Shown here in pieces: positions 19,133 to 29,210 of a DNA stretch of 64,000 bases (within the stretch, counting starts at the first letter, position 1; the number at the start of each line of letters is the position of its first letter). The stretch comes from an uncultured Bacteroidota bacterium (GTDB lineage Bacteria > Bacteroidota > Ignavibacteria > UBA10030 > UBA6906). Under the pieces are notes generated by a model. The model did not search any database, was not told where the DNA came from, and worked only from the letters and a program-made list of their open reading frames with translations. Location of the stretch: contig CAVOYH010000003.1 of assembly GCA_963700635.1 (NCBI GenBank), forward strand, positions 1,280,001-1,344,000, written 5' to 3'. The position numbers and the translations under genes were made by a program.

Positions 19133-21330
19133 ACCGTTTAAAACTGTTCGTCCTGCTGCTGCCGTGGATTGTTGTACAGGGATTTGCGGAAAGCGGCAGT
19201 ATCACAGGTCGTGTCTCCTCACTGACCGATGGCCAGTCTGAACCACTCGTGGGTGCAGTACTCTTTGTGCAGGGATCGGTCCGCGGCACCACAACAAACA
19301 TCAAGGGAGAATACCGGATTGCCGGCCTCGCGCCGGGAACATATACTCTTGTGGTCTCATTGGTAGGATACCAGCGTTTTACCCGGTCAGGTATTGTTGT
19401 GGAAGACGGACGCGAAACCACCGCTCATTTCTCCCTGGAATCATCACCCGTCCAGTTTGATCAGGTTGTCGTCACCGCAAGCAAGAGGCCGCAGTCGCTT
19501 GAGGAAGTCCCGATCAGCCTTTCCATTCTGGATGCGAACGAAATCCGCCAGCGTAATGCCCTGGTGCTGGATGATGCATTACGATACATTCCCGGTGTCA
19601 ACATGACGGGTTTTCAGGTGAACATACGGGGATCCAGCGGCTACAGCCGCGGCGCGGGAAGCCGGGTTCTTATGCTGCTGGATGGAATACCCTTTATCAC
19701 CGGTGACACCGGCGAGCTGAACTTCGAGACAATCCCGGTCGGACAGGTTGACCGTATCGAAGTGGTAAAAGGGGCCAGCTCCGCTCTGTACGGTTCAAAC
19801 GCTCTTGGTGGCGTGATCAACGTGATCACCAAGGAGATCCCGGAACGGCCCAGCACGCACGTTCGTCTTTTCGGCGGGGTCTACGATCAGCCGTCTCATG
19901 ATCAATGGAAATGGACTTCAAAATCCCGGTTTGTCCAGGGGCAATCGGTGAGCCATGCGTACCGCGTCGGAGATCTCGGCGTCGCCGTGTTTCTCTCGCG
20001 GCAGCTCGACGATGGATACCGGCAGAACGACTACCGTCGCCGGTACAACTTCTACCTTAAATTGAAGGAAGAGTTCGCGCAGCAGAGCGCCCTTACCATG
20101 ACGTTTGGATTGTTGTACCAGTATGGCGGTCAGTATCTGTACTGGCGCAGTCTTGATTCTGCCCTTATTCCTCCGCTCGCACAACAGGATGATAACATAA
20201 AGTCCATCAGGTTTTTCACCACCGGACAATACAGTACCGTGGTGAACGACAATTTCCAGCTCACAACCCGCGCGATGTGGTTTCACAATGACTGGGGTTT
20301 TGAAACCCGGAGCGGCATCGGCCGCGCGGAATCGATTGCAGACGACTTCAGATTTGAGACAGTGGCAACAATCCTGCCCGGCGACGGACACACGGTTACC
20401 GCCGGGGTGGATGCGAACGTGGACGTCATCGGCGGGGATGTGATCAGCAACCGGGTCATCGGAGGGTTTGCCGTTTTCGGCCAGGATGAAATCCGTCTTG
20501 CAGATCCGCTTACCCTGACTCTCGGGGCGCGGTATGATTTTTCGTCAGTGGGAGTGACAACACCTGGCGGTCAGGTGAACCCGAAAATAGCGCTTGCCTA
20601 TACGCCTTTTGGTGGAACCACGTTCCGCACGTCGGTAGCCAGGGGGTTCCGGGTGCCTGCTGTTGCCGAAGCGTTTCTTATGGCCGGATTCAGCAATATC
20701 GTCGCCCGTCCCAACGAAGATCTGAAGCCTGAACGTAACTGGTCCTTCGAAGTCGGTCTTTCACAACGGCTGGGTGAGATCGGGACACTTGATATTTCGG
20801 CGTTCCGGTCGGACTATGACAATCTGATTGAAGTGGATGTGGTGGATACGGCTCAGAATTCGCTTCTTTTCCAGTGGCGCAATGTGGCCAAAGCCCGAAT
20901 CCAGGGGGTTGAGGCGTCCGTGAAGCTGGTGTTTTTTGACGGTGGACTCCAGTTGAACACCGGCTACACATACGTGTATCCGGAGGACCTGACGCGAAAC
21001 GATATTTTGAAATACCGTCCGAGACATCTTTTGTACACAACCCTCTCCGGCCGGGTCGGCATGTTCCATGCCTCCTCCGATTTCAGGTTCATCAGCCGTG
21101 TGGATCGTGTGGATGACGTATTGAGCAAGACGGGCATCGTCTTTGACGGTGACGTACGAACAGATATTTTTGTTACGGATTTCCGGCTGGGAGCGGACTT
21201 TTCTCTGGGGAGCGTCCCACTCACCCTTACCGCAAGTGTGAATAACGCGCTGCAGTACAATTATGTGGAGTTGATCGGAAATATTATGCCGCCCCGCACG
21301 TATGTGCTGGCGCTGGATGTACGAATGTAA
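19123..21330 (+). CDS. TonB-dependent receptor
   Basis: CarboxypepD_reg-like N-terminus, VVVTASK, plug motif RIEVVKGASSALYGSNALGGVINVITK, NEDLKPE. Confidence 0.92.
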   Translation: MEMNRLKLFVLLLPWIVVQGFAESGSITGRVSSLTDGQSEPLVGAVLFVQGSVRGTTTNIKGEYRIAGLAPGTYTLVVSLVGYQRFTRSGIVVEDGRETTAHFSLESSPVQFDQVVVTASKRPQSLEEVPISLSILDANEIRQRNALVLDDALRYIPGVNMTGFQVNIRGSSGYSRGAGSRVLMLLDGIPFITGDTGELNFETIPVGQVDRIEVVKGASSALYGSNALGGVINVITKEIPERPSTHVRLFGGVYDQPSHDQWKWTSKSRFVQGQSVSHAYRVGDLGVAVFLSRQLDDGYRQNDYRRRYNFYLKLKEEFAQQSALTMTFGLLYQYGGQYLYWRSLDSALIPPLAQQDDNIKSIRFFTTGQYSTVVNDNFQLTTRAMWFHNDWGFETRSGIGRAESIADDFRFETVATILPGDGHTVTAGVDANVDVIGGDVISNRVIGGFAVFGQDEIRLADPLTLTLGARYDFSSVGVTTPGGQVNPKIALAYTPFGGTTFRTSVARGFRVPAVAEAFLMAGFSNIVARPNEDLKPERNWSFEVGLSQRLGEIGTLDISAFRSDYDNLIEVDVVDTAQNSLLFQWRNVAKARIQGVEASVKLVFFDGGLQLNTGYTYVYPEDLTRNDILKYRPRHLLYTTLSGRVGMFHASSDFRFISRVDRVDDVLSKTGIVFDGDVRTDIFVTDFRLGADFSLGSVPLTLTASVNNALQYNYVELIGNIMPPRTYVLALDVRM

Positions 21331-21402
21331 AAGGGGCGGGGAGATCTCTCTCAGATATCGCGAGAGCCCCGTCCAGACACTGTGAACACTGAAGGAGGAC
21401 AT

Positions 21403-22557
21403 ATGAAAACGAGTCTACGCATTGTTGCGTGTGCCGCTATACTCAGCGCCGGTGTGACGGTTGTGCCGGCTCAGGGCATCAAGATTGACACGGCTGACGT
21501 GAGGCAGATGTTTGCCATCGGCACCACGACAACATACCGTGGTGACACCCTTACAACATCAGCGAACATCGGTGCGCCTGGCGCGACCTCGTGGGATTTT
21601 ACCGGGCTGAGCACGCACACGCGGATGTCATTAAGAAGTGTTCCGCTTGCAACGACACCCTACTATGCCAGCCACTTTCCCGCTGCGACCCATGCGCTCA
21701 GCGATACCGCCTTTACATACTCATTCTATTATGCTGATCTTTTCGCGACAGTCACCCTGAGAGGTGCGGGCTATAACTATATGACGCTGGGACAGGATCT
21801 GCTTGATTACGGGTTCAAGGGAGCCGGGAGCGCGTATCTTTTCGGGAACCCATACCCCGCTGAGGGACAGTGGGTAAAATCTCCGCCGGCGGTCTATTAC
21901 AGTCTGCCGCTGGAGATGTCCAAGACATGGACCACGACGTATAACGAAACGCTCGCGGGAAGCGCACAGCTCTTTGCGGCGCCGGCGCCTCCGATCGCAG
22001 TAGGTCCGACGGTCACGGCACATACCGTCCAGTACACCGTCGATGCGTACGGCCTCCTTACGGTTCCGGGGTCCGGTGCGGTGGATGCGTTGCGTCTTCG
22101 CAAGGTTGACCGGTTCTCAGAAGGGACTACGCAGGGAGTACGGGTGAGCTACATGATCATTGCCAGGAACGGCGCGTCAGTTCAATTTACCGCCGTGGAT
22201 ACCCTCTCACCATCCAGCGGAACAATCCCTGTGACTGCCGTCCAGTGGACCACACCAACCACAACACACGTTCAGTCGGTGAGCAATGTTCCTGCTGCCT
22301 TCGCGTTGGGTCAGAACTATCCGAACCCTTTTAATCCATCGACAACCATCCGATTCACATTGCCTGCCAGCGGGCCGGTCACGCTGAAGGTATTCAATCT
22401 TCTGGGTGAGGAAGTTGCTACGCTTGTCAATGAGACAGTGGGGGCAGGGGAGAGCAGTGTCCGGTTTGACGGCTCGGGTCTGGCAAGTGGCATGTACCTG
22501 TACAGACTCCAGGCGGGTAGCTCAACCCAGACGCGCCGCATGATGCTTGTGAAGTAG
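21403..22557 (+). CDS. Secreted protein with T9SS type A sorting domain
   Basis: Signal peptide; GAPGA..WDF, VDAYG.L..P; tail FALGQNYPNPFNPSTTI...LASGMYLYRL. Confidence 0.85.
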   Translation: MKTSLRIVACAAILSAGVTVVPAQGIKIDTADVRQMFAIGTTTTYRGDTLTTSANIGAPGATSWDFTGLSTHTRMSLRSVPLATTPYYASHFPAATHALSDTAFTYSFYYADLFATVTLRGAGYNYMTLGQDLLDYGFKGAGSAYLFGNPYPAEGQWVKSPPAVYYSLPLEMSKTWTTTYNETLAGSAQLFAAPAPPIAVGPTVTAHTVQYTVDAYGLLTVPGSGAVDALRLRKVDRFSEGTTQGVRVSYMIIARNGASVQFTAVDTLSPSSGTIPVTAVQWTTPTTTHVQSVSNVPAAFALGQNYPNPFNPSTTIRFTLPASGPVTLKVFNLLGEEVATLVNETVGAGESSVRFDGSGLASGMYLYRLQAGSSTQTRRMMLVK

Positions 22558-22615
22558 GGTGCGCGTGGGGCTTTGAAGGTATCGTGATGGTCTGAACAGA
22601 TGTCCGGTAACACGA

Positions 22616-22656
22616 AGCGGGATCCCGATGTTCGCACGGGATCCCGCTCTGTTTTT
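22616..22656. terminator. Intrinsic terminator between convergent genes
   Basis: AGCGGGATCCCG-atgttcgca-CGGGATCCCGCT followed by a T-rich tract. Confidence 0.7.
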
Positions 22657-22678
22657 GTCGTGATGCTTCGGGAGGATC

Positions 22679-23374
22679 TTACTTCTGAATCTCCAGCAAT
22701 TCCACTTCGAAGATAAGTGTTGCATTCGGAGGAATAACTCCGCCTGCTCCCTGCTCACCGTATGCAAGATGGGGCGGAATGAAGAGCTCCCACTTTGAAC
22801 CAACCTTCATCAACAGCAGAGCTTCCGTCCACCCGCTGATCACGCCGCCACACTGAAACACCGCCGGTTCGCCGCGTTTGTAGGAACTGTCAAATTCCTC
22901 TCCATTGATGAGTTTTCCGCGGTAATTTGTCTTTACTGTGGATGTTGCCAGAGGGATTTTTCCCGTTCCTTCTGTGATTACACGGTACTGGAGTCCGCTG
23001 GGAAGTACTTTGACGCCGGGCGCGTTGACGTTGGCAAGAAGGAACGCTTCCCCCTCGCGTTTGTTCTTGATGGCTTCTGAGTGTGCACGTTCTTCGGCCT
23101 TGGTCTGCATGTCGCGCTGGAATGCCGTCATAGTTTCATGGACCTCCTTTTCGGTCATCAGTCGTTGCGCGCTGTCCAGTTTTGCATCAAGCACTCCACG
23201 GAGGAACGCGTCGGTGTTGATGAGAATGGAATCGCGCTTCAGGTTGTTGCCCACGCTCAGCCCGATACTGTAACTTATTTTGTCCTGCTGCGTCTCGAGC
23301 TTCACTTCTTTTTCTCCTGTTGACTGGCATCCGGTGAGACCAACCACCAGCATGGTGGCCACGATGAATTGCAT
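22679..23374 (-). CDS. FKBP-type peptidyl-prolyl isomerase (FkpA/Mip-like lipoprotein)
   Basis: Lipobox LTGC, SYSIG, SGLQY, FDSSYKRG, VISGW.E.L, LAYG, IPPNATLIFEVELL. Confidence 0.93.
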   Translation of the reverse strand: MQFIVATMLVVGLTGCQSTGEKEVKLETQQDKISYSIGLSVGNNLKRDSILINTDAFLRGVLDAKLDSAQRLMTEKEVHETMTAFQRDMQTKAEERAHSEAIKNKREGEAFLLANVNAPGVKVLPSGLQYRVITEGTGKIPLATSTVKTNYRGKLINGEEFDSSYKRGEPAVFQCGGVISGWTEALLLMKVGSKWELFIPPHLAYGEQGAGGVIPPNATLIFEVELLEIQK

Positions 23375-23554
23375 GGGACTCCCTTTCACATGATGAAAAT
23401 GGCCTGCCGTGGGGGCGGACACGCCTGCCTCTGCCACGTTCAACAGACCCATAATCTTTCAATATAATTAAATATCGTTTAAGAACCAACGGGCGGATTT
23501 GCCTGCGATGAACCGTGTCCCAGGCACCTCGCGTCAATCTTCCTGAAAAATGAT

Positions 23555-23610
23555 GAAACAAACGGTTGTTTCCCCATTCTATTGTACATGGTGAGGCGAT
23601 TCTCTATATT
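23555..23610 (+). promoter_or_regulatory. LacI-type palindrome and sigma70 promoter upstream of the SSS transporter
   Basis: GAAACAA-ACGG-TTGTTTC (23555-23572); TTGTAC (23582-23587), 17 nt, TATATT (23605-23610). Confidence 0.55.
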
Positions 23611-23794
23611 GGGTGACCTCTTCCGGGATCCATCACCAGCGTGAAAGAACCCCCGATGCGTAACGCCGGCATCCTGATCTGGACAGCGATTCTGCGCAGC
23701 ACCGACAGGCCTGTACGCCGCGCGTATCTGCTCGCGCGAATCCGGGCAGGGACAGCAGATCTGATTCGTAGTACGTGGGGGCGGGGCCCGGCTC

Positions 23795-23917
23795 ATGCAG
23801 GAACAGTTCAAGTGTTATGACCATTCAATGCAATACCGTGTAGAACCCGGGACGTTCACCATTATGGTCGGTCCGCATTCAGCAGAGTATCAATCGCGGA
23901 CCCTCACCGTGCACTGA
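23795..23917 (+). pseudogene. Remnant of a GH3 beta-glucosidase (C-terminal Fn3-like end)
   Basis: MQEQFKCYDHSMQYRVEPGTFTIMVGPHSAEYQSRTLTVH* matches the GH3 terminal pattern L.F/YD..M...VEPG.F.IMVG.SS; in-frame stop upstream at 23762. Confidence 0.6.
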
Positions 23918-23966
23918 CCCGGATTGCTCACCGGCAATCTCCCACTACCCGCGGAAAGGACCCGTT

Positions 23967-25628
23967 ATGGCATCAATCGGTCTCAGCATGTTGGATTGGC
24001 TGATCATCGCCATCTATTTTGCTTTTATTATCGGACTGGGGTACTATCTCAAGCGTTTCACAAAGAGCCAGGAAGACTTCTTCCTCGCGGGAAGGAAGAA
24101 CAGCTCATGGGTTGCGGGATTGGCCTTTCTCTCGGCAAACCTGGGAGCACTCGAGCTCCTGGGGATGACCGGGAACACGTTCAAGTATGGTATGTACGTC
24201 GCCCACTTCTACTGGATAGGCGCCATTCCTGCCATGCTGTTTCTCGGCATCTATATGATGCCGTTCTACTACAGCAGCCGGATCCACTCCGTGCCCGGCT
24301 ACCTGAAACTCCGGTTCGATGAGAAGACACGCGTATTGAACGGGATCTCATTCGCGGTGATGACCGTGCTTGTCTCCGGCATCAACCTCTATGCAATGGC
24401 TCTTGTTCTCCATACCTTCCTCGGCTGGAACTGGGACATCAGCATGTGGATCTCGGCGGCGACGGTTGCGGTGTATGTTACCATGAGCGGATTGTTGTCT
24501 GCCATCTTTACGGAAATAGTACAGTTCTTCCTGATCTGGTTCGGCCTGTTTCTCGTTTCGGTCCTGGGTATCATCGAAATCGGCGGTGTGAATGAAGTAT
24601 TCGCCCGCGTACCGGAGGCCTACAATACCCTCTGGTCAACGTCGGGTGATCCGACCCAGAACGGAATGGCGATAACATGGGGGGGAATTGTGCTCGGACT
24701 CGGGTTTGTCCTTTCATTCGGATACTGGACCACAGACTTCCTTGTCGTCCAGCGTGCATTCTCTGCAAAAGACCTCCGGGCAGCACGGATGACCCCGATC
24801 ATCGCATCATTTTTCAAAATGGCCGTTCCGTTTATCGTGATCATCGCCGGACTTGTTGCCTACATCCTGGCCCATGATCCCATGACCGGTTTTGCGTTGC
24901 TGGAAGACGGCGGACAGATTAATTATGACTCCGCGCTTCCGCTGCTCATCGCCCGGTACTATCCGGAGGGGCTTATGGGACTGGGCATCACAGCGTTGCT
25001 TGCAGGATTTATGGCCGGACAGGCGGGAAATGTCAGCGCCTTTAACACGGTATGGACGTACGACATCTACAAGGCCCTCATCAAAAAGGACGCAAGTGAC
25101 GATCATTTGCTGTGGATGGGGCGGGTGACGACCGTTGTCGGCATCATCATCAGCGTCGGCACAGCCTACTGGGCAAAAAGTTTCCCGAGCATCATGGACT
25201 ATATGCAGGCAATTTTCTCGTGGGTGAACGCACCGCTGTTTGCGACGATGCTGCTCGGCATGTTCGTTGTCTGGATCACCCCGGCCGGGGCATTCTGGGG
25301 GCTCATAGCAGGTATGGGATCATCCTTCTTTATGTTCCTGGCTTCAAAATTCCACTGGGTCGAGGGGAGTCTCTTCACAATGTCAGAGCACTCGAGTGAC
25401 ATGGCGGTCAACTTCTGGCGGGCCTGGTGGGCATGGTTAATTTGTTTTGTGGTTACCATCCTCATCAGTTTTGTCACCAAGAAAAAACCTCGCGAAGAGC
25501 TTGTGGGGCTGGTAAAATGGCTCACGCCCGAGGAACACGACTTCGGGATCCCCTTCATCCGCAGGCCGGCATTTTATGCCCTGCTTTCGCTTGTGGTCCT
25601 TGTCATCGTGAATATCATTTACTGGTAG
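23967..25628 (+). CDS. Sodium:solute symporter (SSS/SLC5) family, probable sugar transporter
   Basis: DFFLAGR, SANLG, YLKLRF, YWTTD..VQR, many TM helices. Confidence 0.9.
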   Translation: MASIGLSMLDWLIIAIYFAFIIGLGYYLKRFTKSQEDFFLAGRKNSSWVAGLAFLSANLGALELLGMTGNTFKYGMYVAHFYWIGAIPAMLFLGIYMMPFYYSSRIHSVPGYLKLRFDEKTRVLNGISFAVMTVLVSGINLYAMALVLHTFLGWNWDISMWISAATVAVYVTMSGLLSAIFTEIVQFFLIWFGLFLVSVLGIIEIGGVNEVFARVPEAYNTLWSTSGDPTQNGMAITWGGIVLGLGFVLSFGYWTTDFLVVQRAFSAKDLRAARMTPIIASFFKMAVPFIVIIAGLVAYILAHDPMTGFALLEDGGQINYDSALPLLIARYYPEGLMGLGITALLAGFMAGQAGNVSAFNTVWTYDIYKALIKKDASDDHLLWMGRVTTVVGIIISVGTAYWAKSFPSIMDYMQAIFSWVNAPLFATMLLGMFVVWITPAGAFWGLIAGMGSSFFMFLASKFHWVEGSLFTMSEHSSDMAVNFWRAWWAWLICFVVTILISFVTKKKPREELVGLVKWLTPEEHDFGIPFIRRPAFYALLSLVVLVIVNIIYW

Positions 25629-25640
25629 GAGAATTGTTTT

Positions 25641-25841
25641 ATGAAACCCATCTGGTATTTTGTCGGTATCCTTCTGCTGGTTCTGGGTGTGCTGGTCCTG
25701 GGCGCAGGGCTGTATGGATTGATGTCCCAGGAACCCCATCGAACCGTGCTGGCCGAGCTGCATCCGCGTGTGTGGTGGGGAGCGATCATGACTGTCGCAG
25801 GCGCCCTTTTCCTTTTCTTCAACAGGAAAACCGTAGCCTGA
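25641..25841 (+). CDS. Small two-TM membrane protein associated with the SSS transporter
   Basis: AGGAG RBS, two hydrophobic helices, directly downstream of the symporter. Confidence 0.75.
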   Translation: MKPIWYFVGILLLVLGVLVLGAGLYGLMSQEPHRTVLAELHPRVWWGAIMTVAGALFLFFNRKTVA

Positions 25842-26049
25842 CACCGTACGTTGCTTGGTCGTCTTCAGGGGGCCCGGCGGGCCAGACACTCCAGGCCTGG
25901 TGCCGCTGGCCCCCTGGCTCTTTTTTCCCCTCATCCGGAGAGAGATCCCGGTTTGCCTCCGGTGTGCCTCACATGCAACTTCGGCACGTGTTTCTTCGTA
26001 TATAAAGAACTATCTCCCCACACGGTTGTTCCACGAGCACGGATTTTCG

Positions 26050-28053
26050 ATGAAAAGACCAATCGCCGTCCTGGCCCTGGCCATAGCCCTCGTTGCCTGC
26101 AATGCGCCGATCAAACAATCCGGTATTAATCTTTCGATGATGGACACCTCCGTCAGGCCTCAAGACGATTTCTACCGCTACATGAATGGTGCGTGGCTGG
26201 CAAAGTTTGACATCCCGTCTGACCGTTCAAACTACGGGATGTTTTCCCAGCTGGCGGACAAGGCTGAGACAGATCTGCGGGCCATCATCGAGGAGTCGGC
26301 GGCAAAGCAGGCATCTCCCGGTTCAGACCCCCAGAAAGTGGGTGATCTGTATGCAGCCTTTATGGATACCGTCCGTGCAGACCACCTCGGGCTTTCGCCC
26401 ATCACTTCTGATCTGGAACGTATCCGGTCAGCCGGTTCACGTGATGACCTTGTTCGCATCACCGCACAGAAGAGCCTTGACGGGACCAACACCCCCTTCT
26501 TCGTGTTTATCAACCAGGATGCAAAACACCCCACAAAATATGCAATTCATCTCTATCAATCAGGCATCAGTATGCCCGATAGAGACTACTATCTAAGGCA
26601 GGAGCCGCGCTTCGCGGATTTCAGGACGAAATTTCGTGCACACGTGCAGAAGATGTTCACCATGGCGGGGAGCGCCGATCCGGCGGGATCCGCAGAACGG
26701 GTGCTGCGGATCGAAACCGCCCTGGCCGGGGCACACTGGACAAACGTGGAAAACCGCAACCGCGTGAAGACCTATAACAAACTGGCAATCGCCGATCTCG
26801 GACAATCCTTTAATTGGCCTCTTTTTGTTTCCGAGGCGCAATGGAAGAGTACAGACAGTGTGATTGTGTATCAGCCATCCTACTTTACGGCATTCAATGC
26901 GCTCTTCGACACGTTGCCTCTGGACGATTGGAAGGCCTACTTCGCGTGGCATACGATTACGTCCTGGGCGCCGTATCTGAGCACCGACTACGTGAGCGAA
27001 GATTTTTCTTTCTTTGAGACCACACTCAAGGGAGTACCCGAAAACCGGCCGCGCTGGAAACGGGGAGTCGCCCTTGTGGAAAACCATCTCGGAGAAATTG
27101 TCGGCAAACTGTATGTCGAGAGGCATTTCCCGCCGGAAGCGAAGCAGAGAATGCTGGGCCTTGTCGGCAACCTGAAGCAGGCCTTCCGCGAACGCATCAA
27201 TACCGTGCAGTGGATGGGAGCGGAAACAAAAGCCAAAGCCCTCCAGAAACTGGAAAAGTTTAACGCGAAGATCGGCTATCCCGACACCTGGAAAGACTAT
27301 GCCGCGGTTTCGGTGAAAGCAGATGATCTTGTCGGCAGCATCCGGAGTGCGGCACACGCGACGTATGCCAGGGAGATGAAAAAGATCGGCAATCCGATCG
27401 ACCGCACAGAGTGGTTCATGACGCCACAAACAGTGAACGCATACTATAGCCCGAACATGAACGAAGTGGTCTTCCCCGCAGCGATCCTCCAGGCGCCGTT
27501 CTTCAGCCTGGCGGCAGATGACGCCGTAAATTATGGCGCGATCGGGGCGGTCATCGGACATGAGATGACGCACGGCTTCGATGACCAGGGCCGGATGTCC
27601 GATGGCGACGGAAACCTGACCGATTGGTGGACCGAAGGTGACGCCCGTGAGTTTACGAAACGAGCCGACGTTGTCGTAGCGCAATACGCCGGCTATTCAC
27701 CCATTGATACAATGAAAGTGAACGGCCCGCTTACGCTGGGCGAAAATATCTCCGACCTTGGCGGGCTCACCATCGCCTACTACGCGTACAACAAATCGCT
27801 GGGCAATGCGCCGTCACCAGTCATTGACGGCTTCACCGGTGAGCAACGATTCTTCCTGGGATGGGCGCAAGTATGGGCGCGCAAATACCGCGATGATGAA
27901 ATGCGCCGCCGTCTGCTCACGGATCCTCACTCTCCCAGTGAGTATCGTGCCAATGGCGTCGTCGCCAACATGCCCGAATTCTATTCGGCCTTTGATGTCA
28001 AGCCAGGTGATCGGCTGTGGCGGGAAGACACTGTGCGTGCACAGATCTGGTAA
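26050..28053 (+). CDS. M13 family metallopeptidase (PepO/neprilysin-like lipoprotein)
   Basis: Lipobox LVAC, P.DDFY...NG.W, VNAYY, HEMTH zinc motif, GENISD, DPHSP. Confidence 0.93.
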   Translation: MKRPIAVLALAIALVACNAPIKQSGINLSMMDTSVRPQDDFYRYMNGAWLAKFDIPSDRSNYGMFSQLADKAETDLRAIIEESAAKQASPGSDPQKVGDLYAAFMDTVRADHLGLSPITSDLERIRSAGSRDDLVRITAQKSLDGTNTPFFVFINQDAKHPTKYAIHLYQSGISMPDRDYYLRQEPRFADFRTKFRAHVQKMFTMAGSADPAGSAERVLRIETALAGAHWTNVENRNRVKTYNKLAIADLGQSFNWPLFVSEAQWKSTDSVIVYQPSYFTAFNALFDTLPLDDWKAYFAWHTITSWAPYLSTDYVSEDFSFFETTLKGVPENRPRWKRGVALVENHLGEIVGKLYVERHFPPEAKQRMLGLVGNLKQAFRERINTVQWMGAETKAKALQKLEKFNAKIGYPDTWKDYAAVSVKADDLVGSIRSAAHATYAREMKKIGNPIDRTEWFMTPQTVNAYYSPNMNEVVFPAAILQAPFFSLAADDAVNYGAIGAVIGHEMTHGFDDQGRMSDGDGNLTDWWTEGDAREFTKRADVVVAQYAGYSPIDTMKVNGPLTLGENISDLGGLTIAYYAYNKSLGNAPSPVIDGFTGEQRFFLGWAQVWARKYRDDEMRRRLLTDPHSPSEYRANGVVANMPEFYSAFDVKPGDRLWREDTVRAQIW

Positions 28054-28155
28054 CAATGGATTCGTGACACCCACACGTGTCGTAGTCCGGGGCGGCCACA
28101 GAGAGCCCCACAGACGTTGTCTCATATGAACATTCGAAACGACCCGGAGGTCTCC

Positions 28156-28548
28156 ATGAAAGCGGAAAGCCACATCACACTCGTTGGTATTCTGACTCTT
28201 GTACACAGCGGACTGCTAATGCTGGTCGGGTTGTTTTTGTTCATGCTCTTGATGGGGATCGGGATATTCACAAATGATACGGATGCATTGCTCGTCCTCA
28301 GCATCCTGGGGACGTTGGCGATTGTGATCATGTTCTTCGTAGCCATCCCCGGAATCATCGGAGGGATTGCGCTCTTACGCTATGCAGGCTGGTCTCGGAT
28401 ATTTATGATTGTCCTTGGCGCCCTCAAGCTCATCGACATCCCGTTCGGAACGGCTCTTGGCGTCTATACAATTTACGTGCTTTTGCGGCCGGATGTCATC
28501 CAGCTTCTCGATCCTCCGACCCAGGCTGCAGCCGCCAGGCCAAAATGA
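28156..28548 (+). CDS. Hypothetical membrane protein
   Basis: GGAGG RBS; 3-4 TM helices; IPFGTALGVYT motif. Confidence 0.75.
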   Translation: MKAESHITLVGILTLVHSGLLMLVGLFLFMLLMGIGIFTNDTDALLVLSILGTLAIVIMFFVAIPGIIGGIALLRYAGWSRIFMIVLGALKLIDIPFGTALGVYTIYVLLRPDVIQLLDPPTQAAAARPK

Positions 28549-28634
28549 GGCCGGGAAAGACACCCCTTTGTCGCAGTTTCGACGGGGGTGTATCCGTCGA
28601 TTGCAAATAAGCTTCTTTGTCTATACATTACTGC

Positions 28635-28943
28635 ATGCGCTCCGTTTTCTGCATTCTGGCTTTGCTGGCCGGTCCCTGGCTTGCTCCGGCGTGGTACGCA
28701 CCGACGCTGGAGCTGGACCATCTGCGCGATGCGCAGCTTGTACCCGAACGGGTATTTGCTGAGCAGGGTGTTACCAGCCCCAAACCCATAGACGGTTATT
28801 CAGGCGATCAAGCCTCAGGCAGCAATCTCGGGTATCGTCCAGAGATACCCCGGCAGTACCCTGCCCGGGTGTTGACCTTTGAGGAGTTGCCGCATCCCAC
28901 GCGCCACCTCCTCATCAATGCCCACGCCTCTTCGTTTTTGTGA
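28635..28943 (+). CDS. Putative leaderless signal-peptide ORF / leader protein
   Basis: TTGCAA (28601), 17 nt, TACATT (28624) lies directly before ATG 28635; hydrophobic N-terminus. Confidence 0.4.
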   Translation: MRSVFCILALLAGPWLAPAWYAPTLELDHLRDAQLVPERVFAEQGVTSPKPIDGYSGDQASGSNLGYRPEIPRQYPARVLTFEELPHPTRHLLINAHASSFL

Positions 28944-29010
28944 CGCTCCATGAGACAGGTACACACTCGTTGTTCTCTTAAACCTGTTCACATTCATGGA
29001 GAGTTCACAC

Positions 29011-29127
29011 ATGCAGCAATACGATGCGTCGACGCAGTCGGGGAAGCGCGTACTCCTCAATATCCTTGTCTTCATATTCGGCACTGTTATCCTGCTTCTG
29101 GCCATTAAGTTCCTTCTTAAAGTATAG
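29011..29127 (+). CDS. Small single-pass membrane protein (38 aa)
   Basis: MQQYDASTQSGKRVLLNILVFIFGTVILLLAIKFLLKV*; GGAG RBS; not in the ORF track. Confidence 0.6.
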   Translation: MQQYDASTQSGKRVLLNILVFIFGTVILLLAIKFLLKV

Positions 29128-29210
29128 CCGGAGCATCGAGCGGGATCTTCTCATGCGGTGAGTGGTAGGCAAGCACATAACTTGTAGTGACCCAACCAGG
29201 AACGGCCCGA

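Noticed and set aside
26593-27684. 363-aa antisense ORF
   Set aside because: Shadow of the M13 peptidase.
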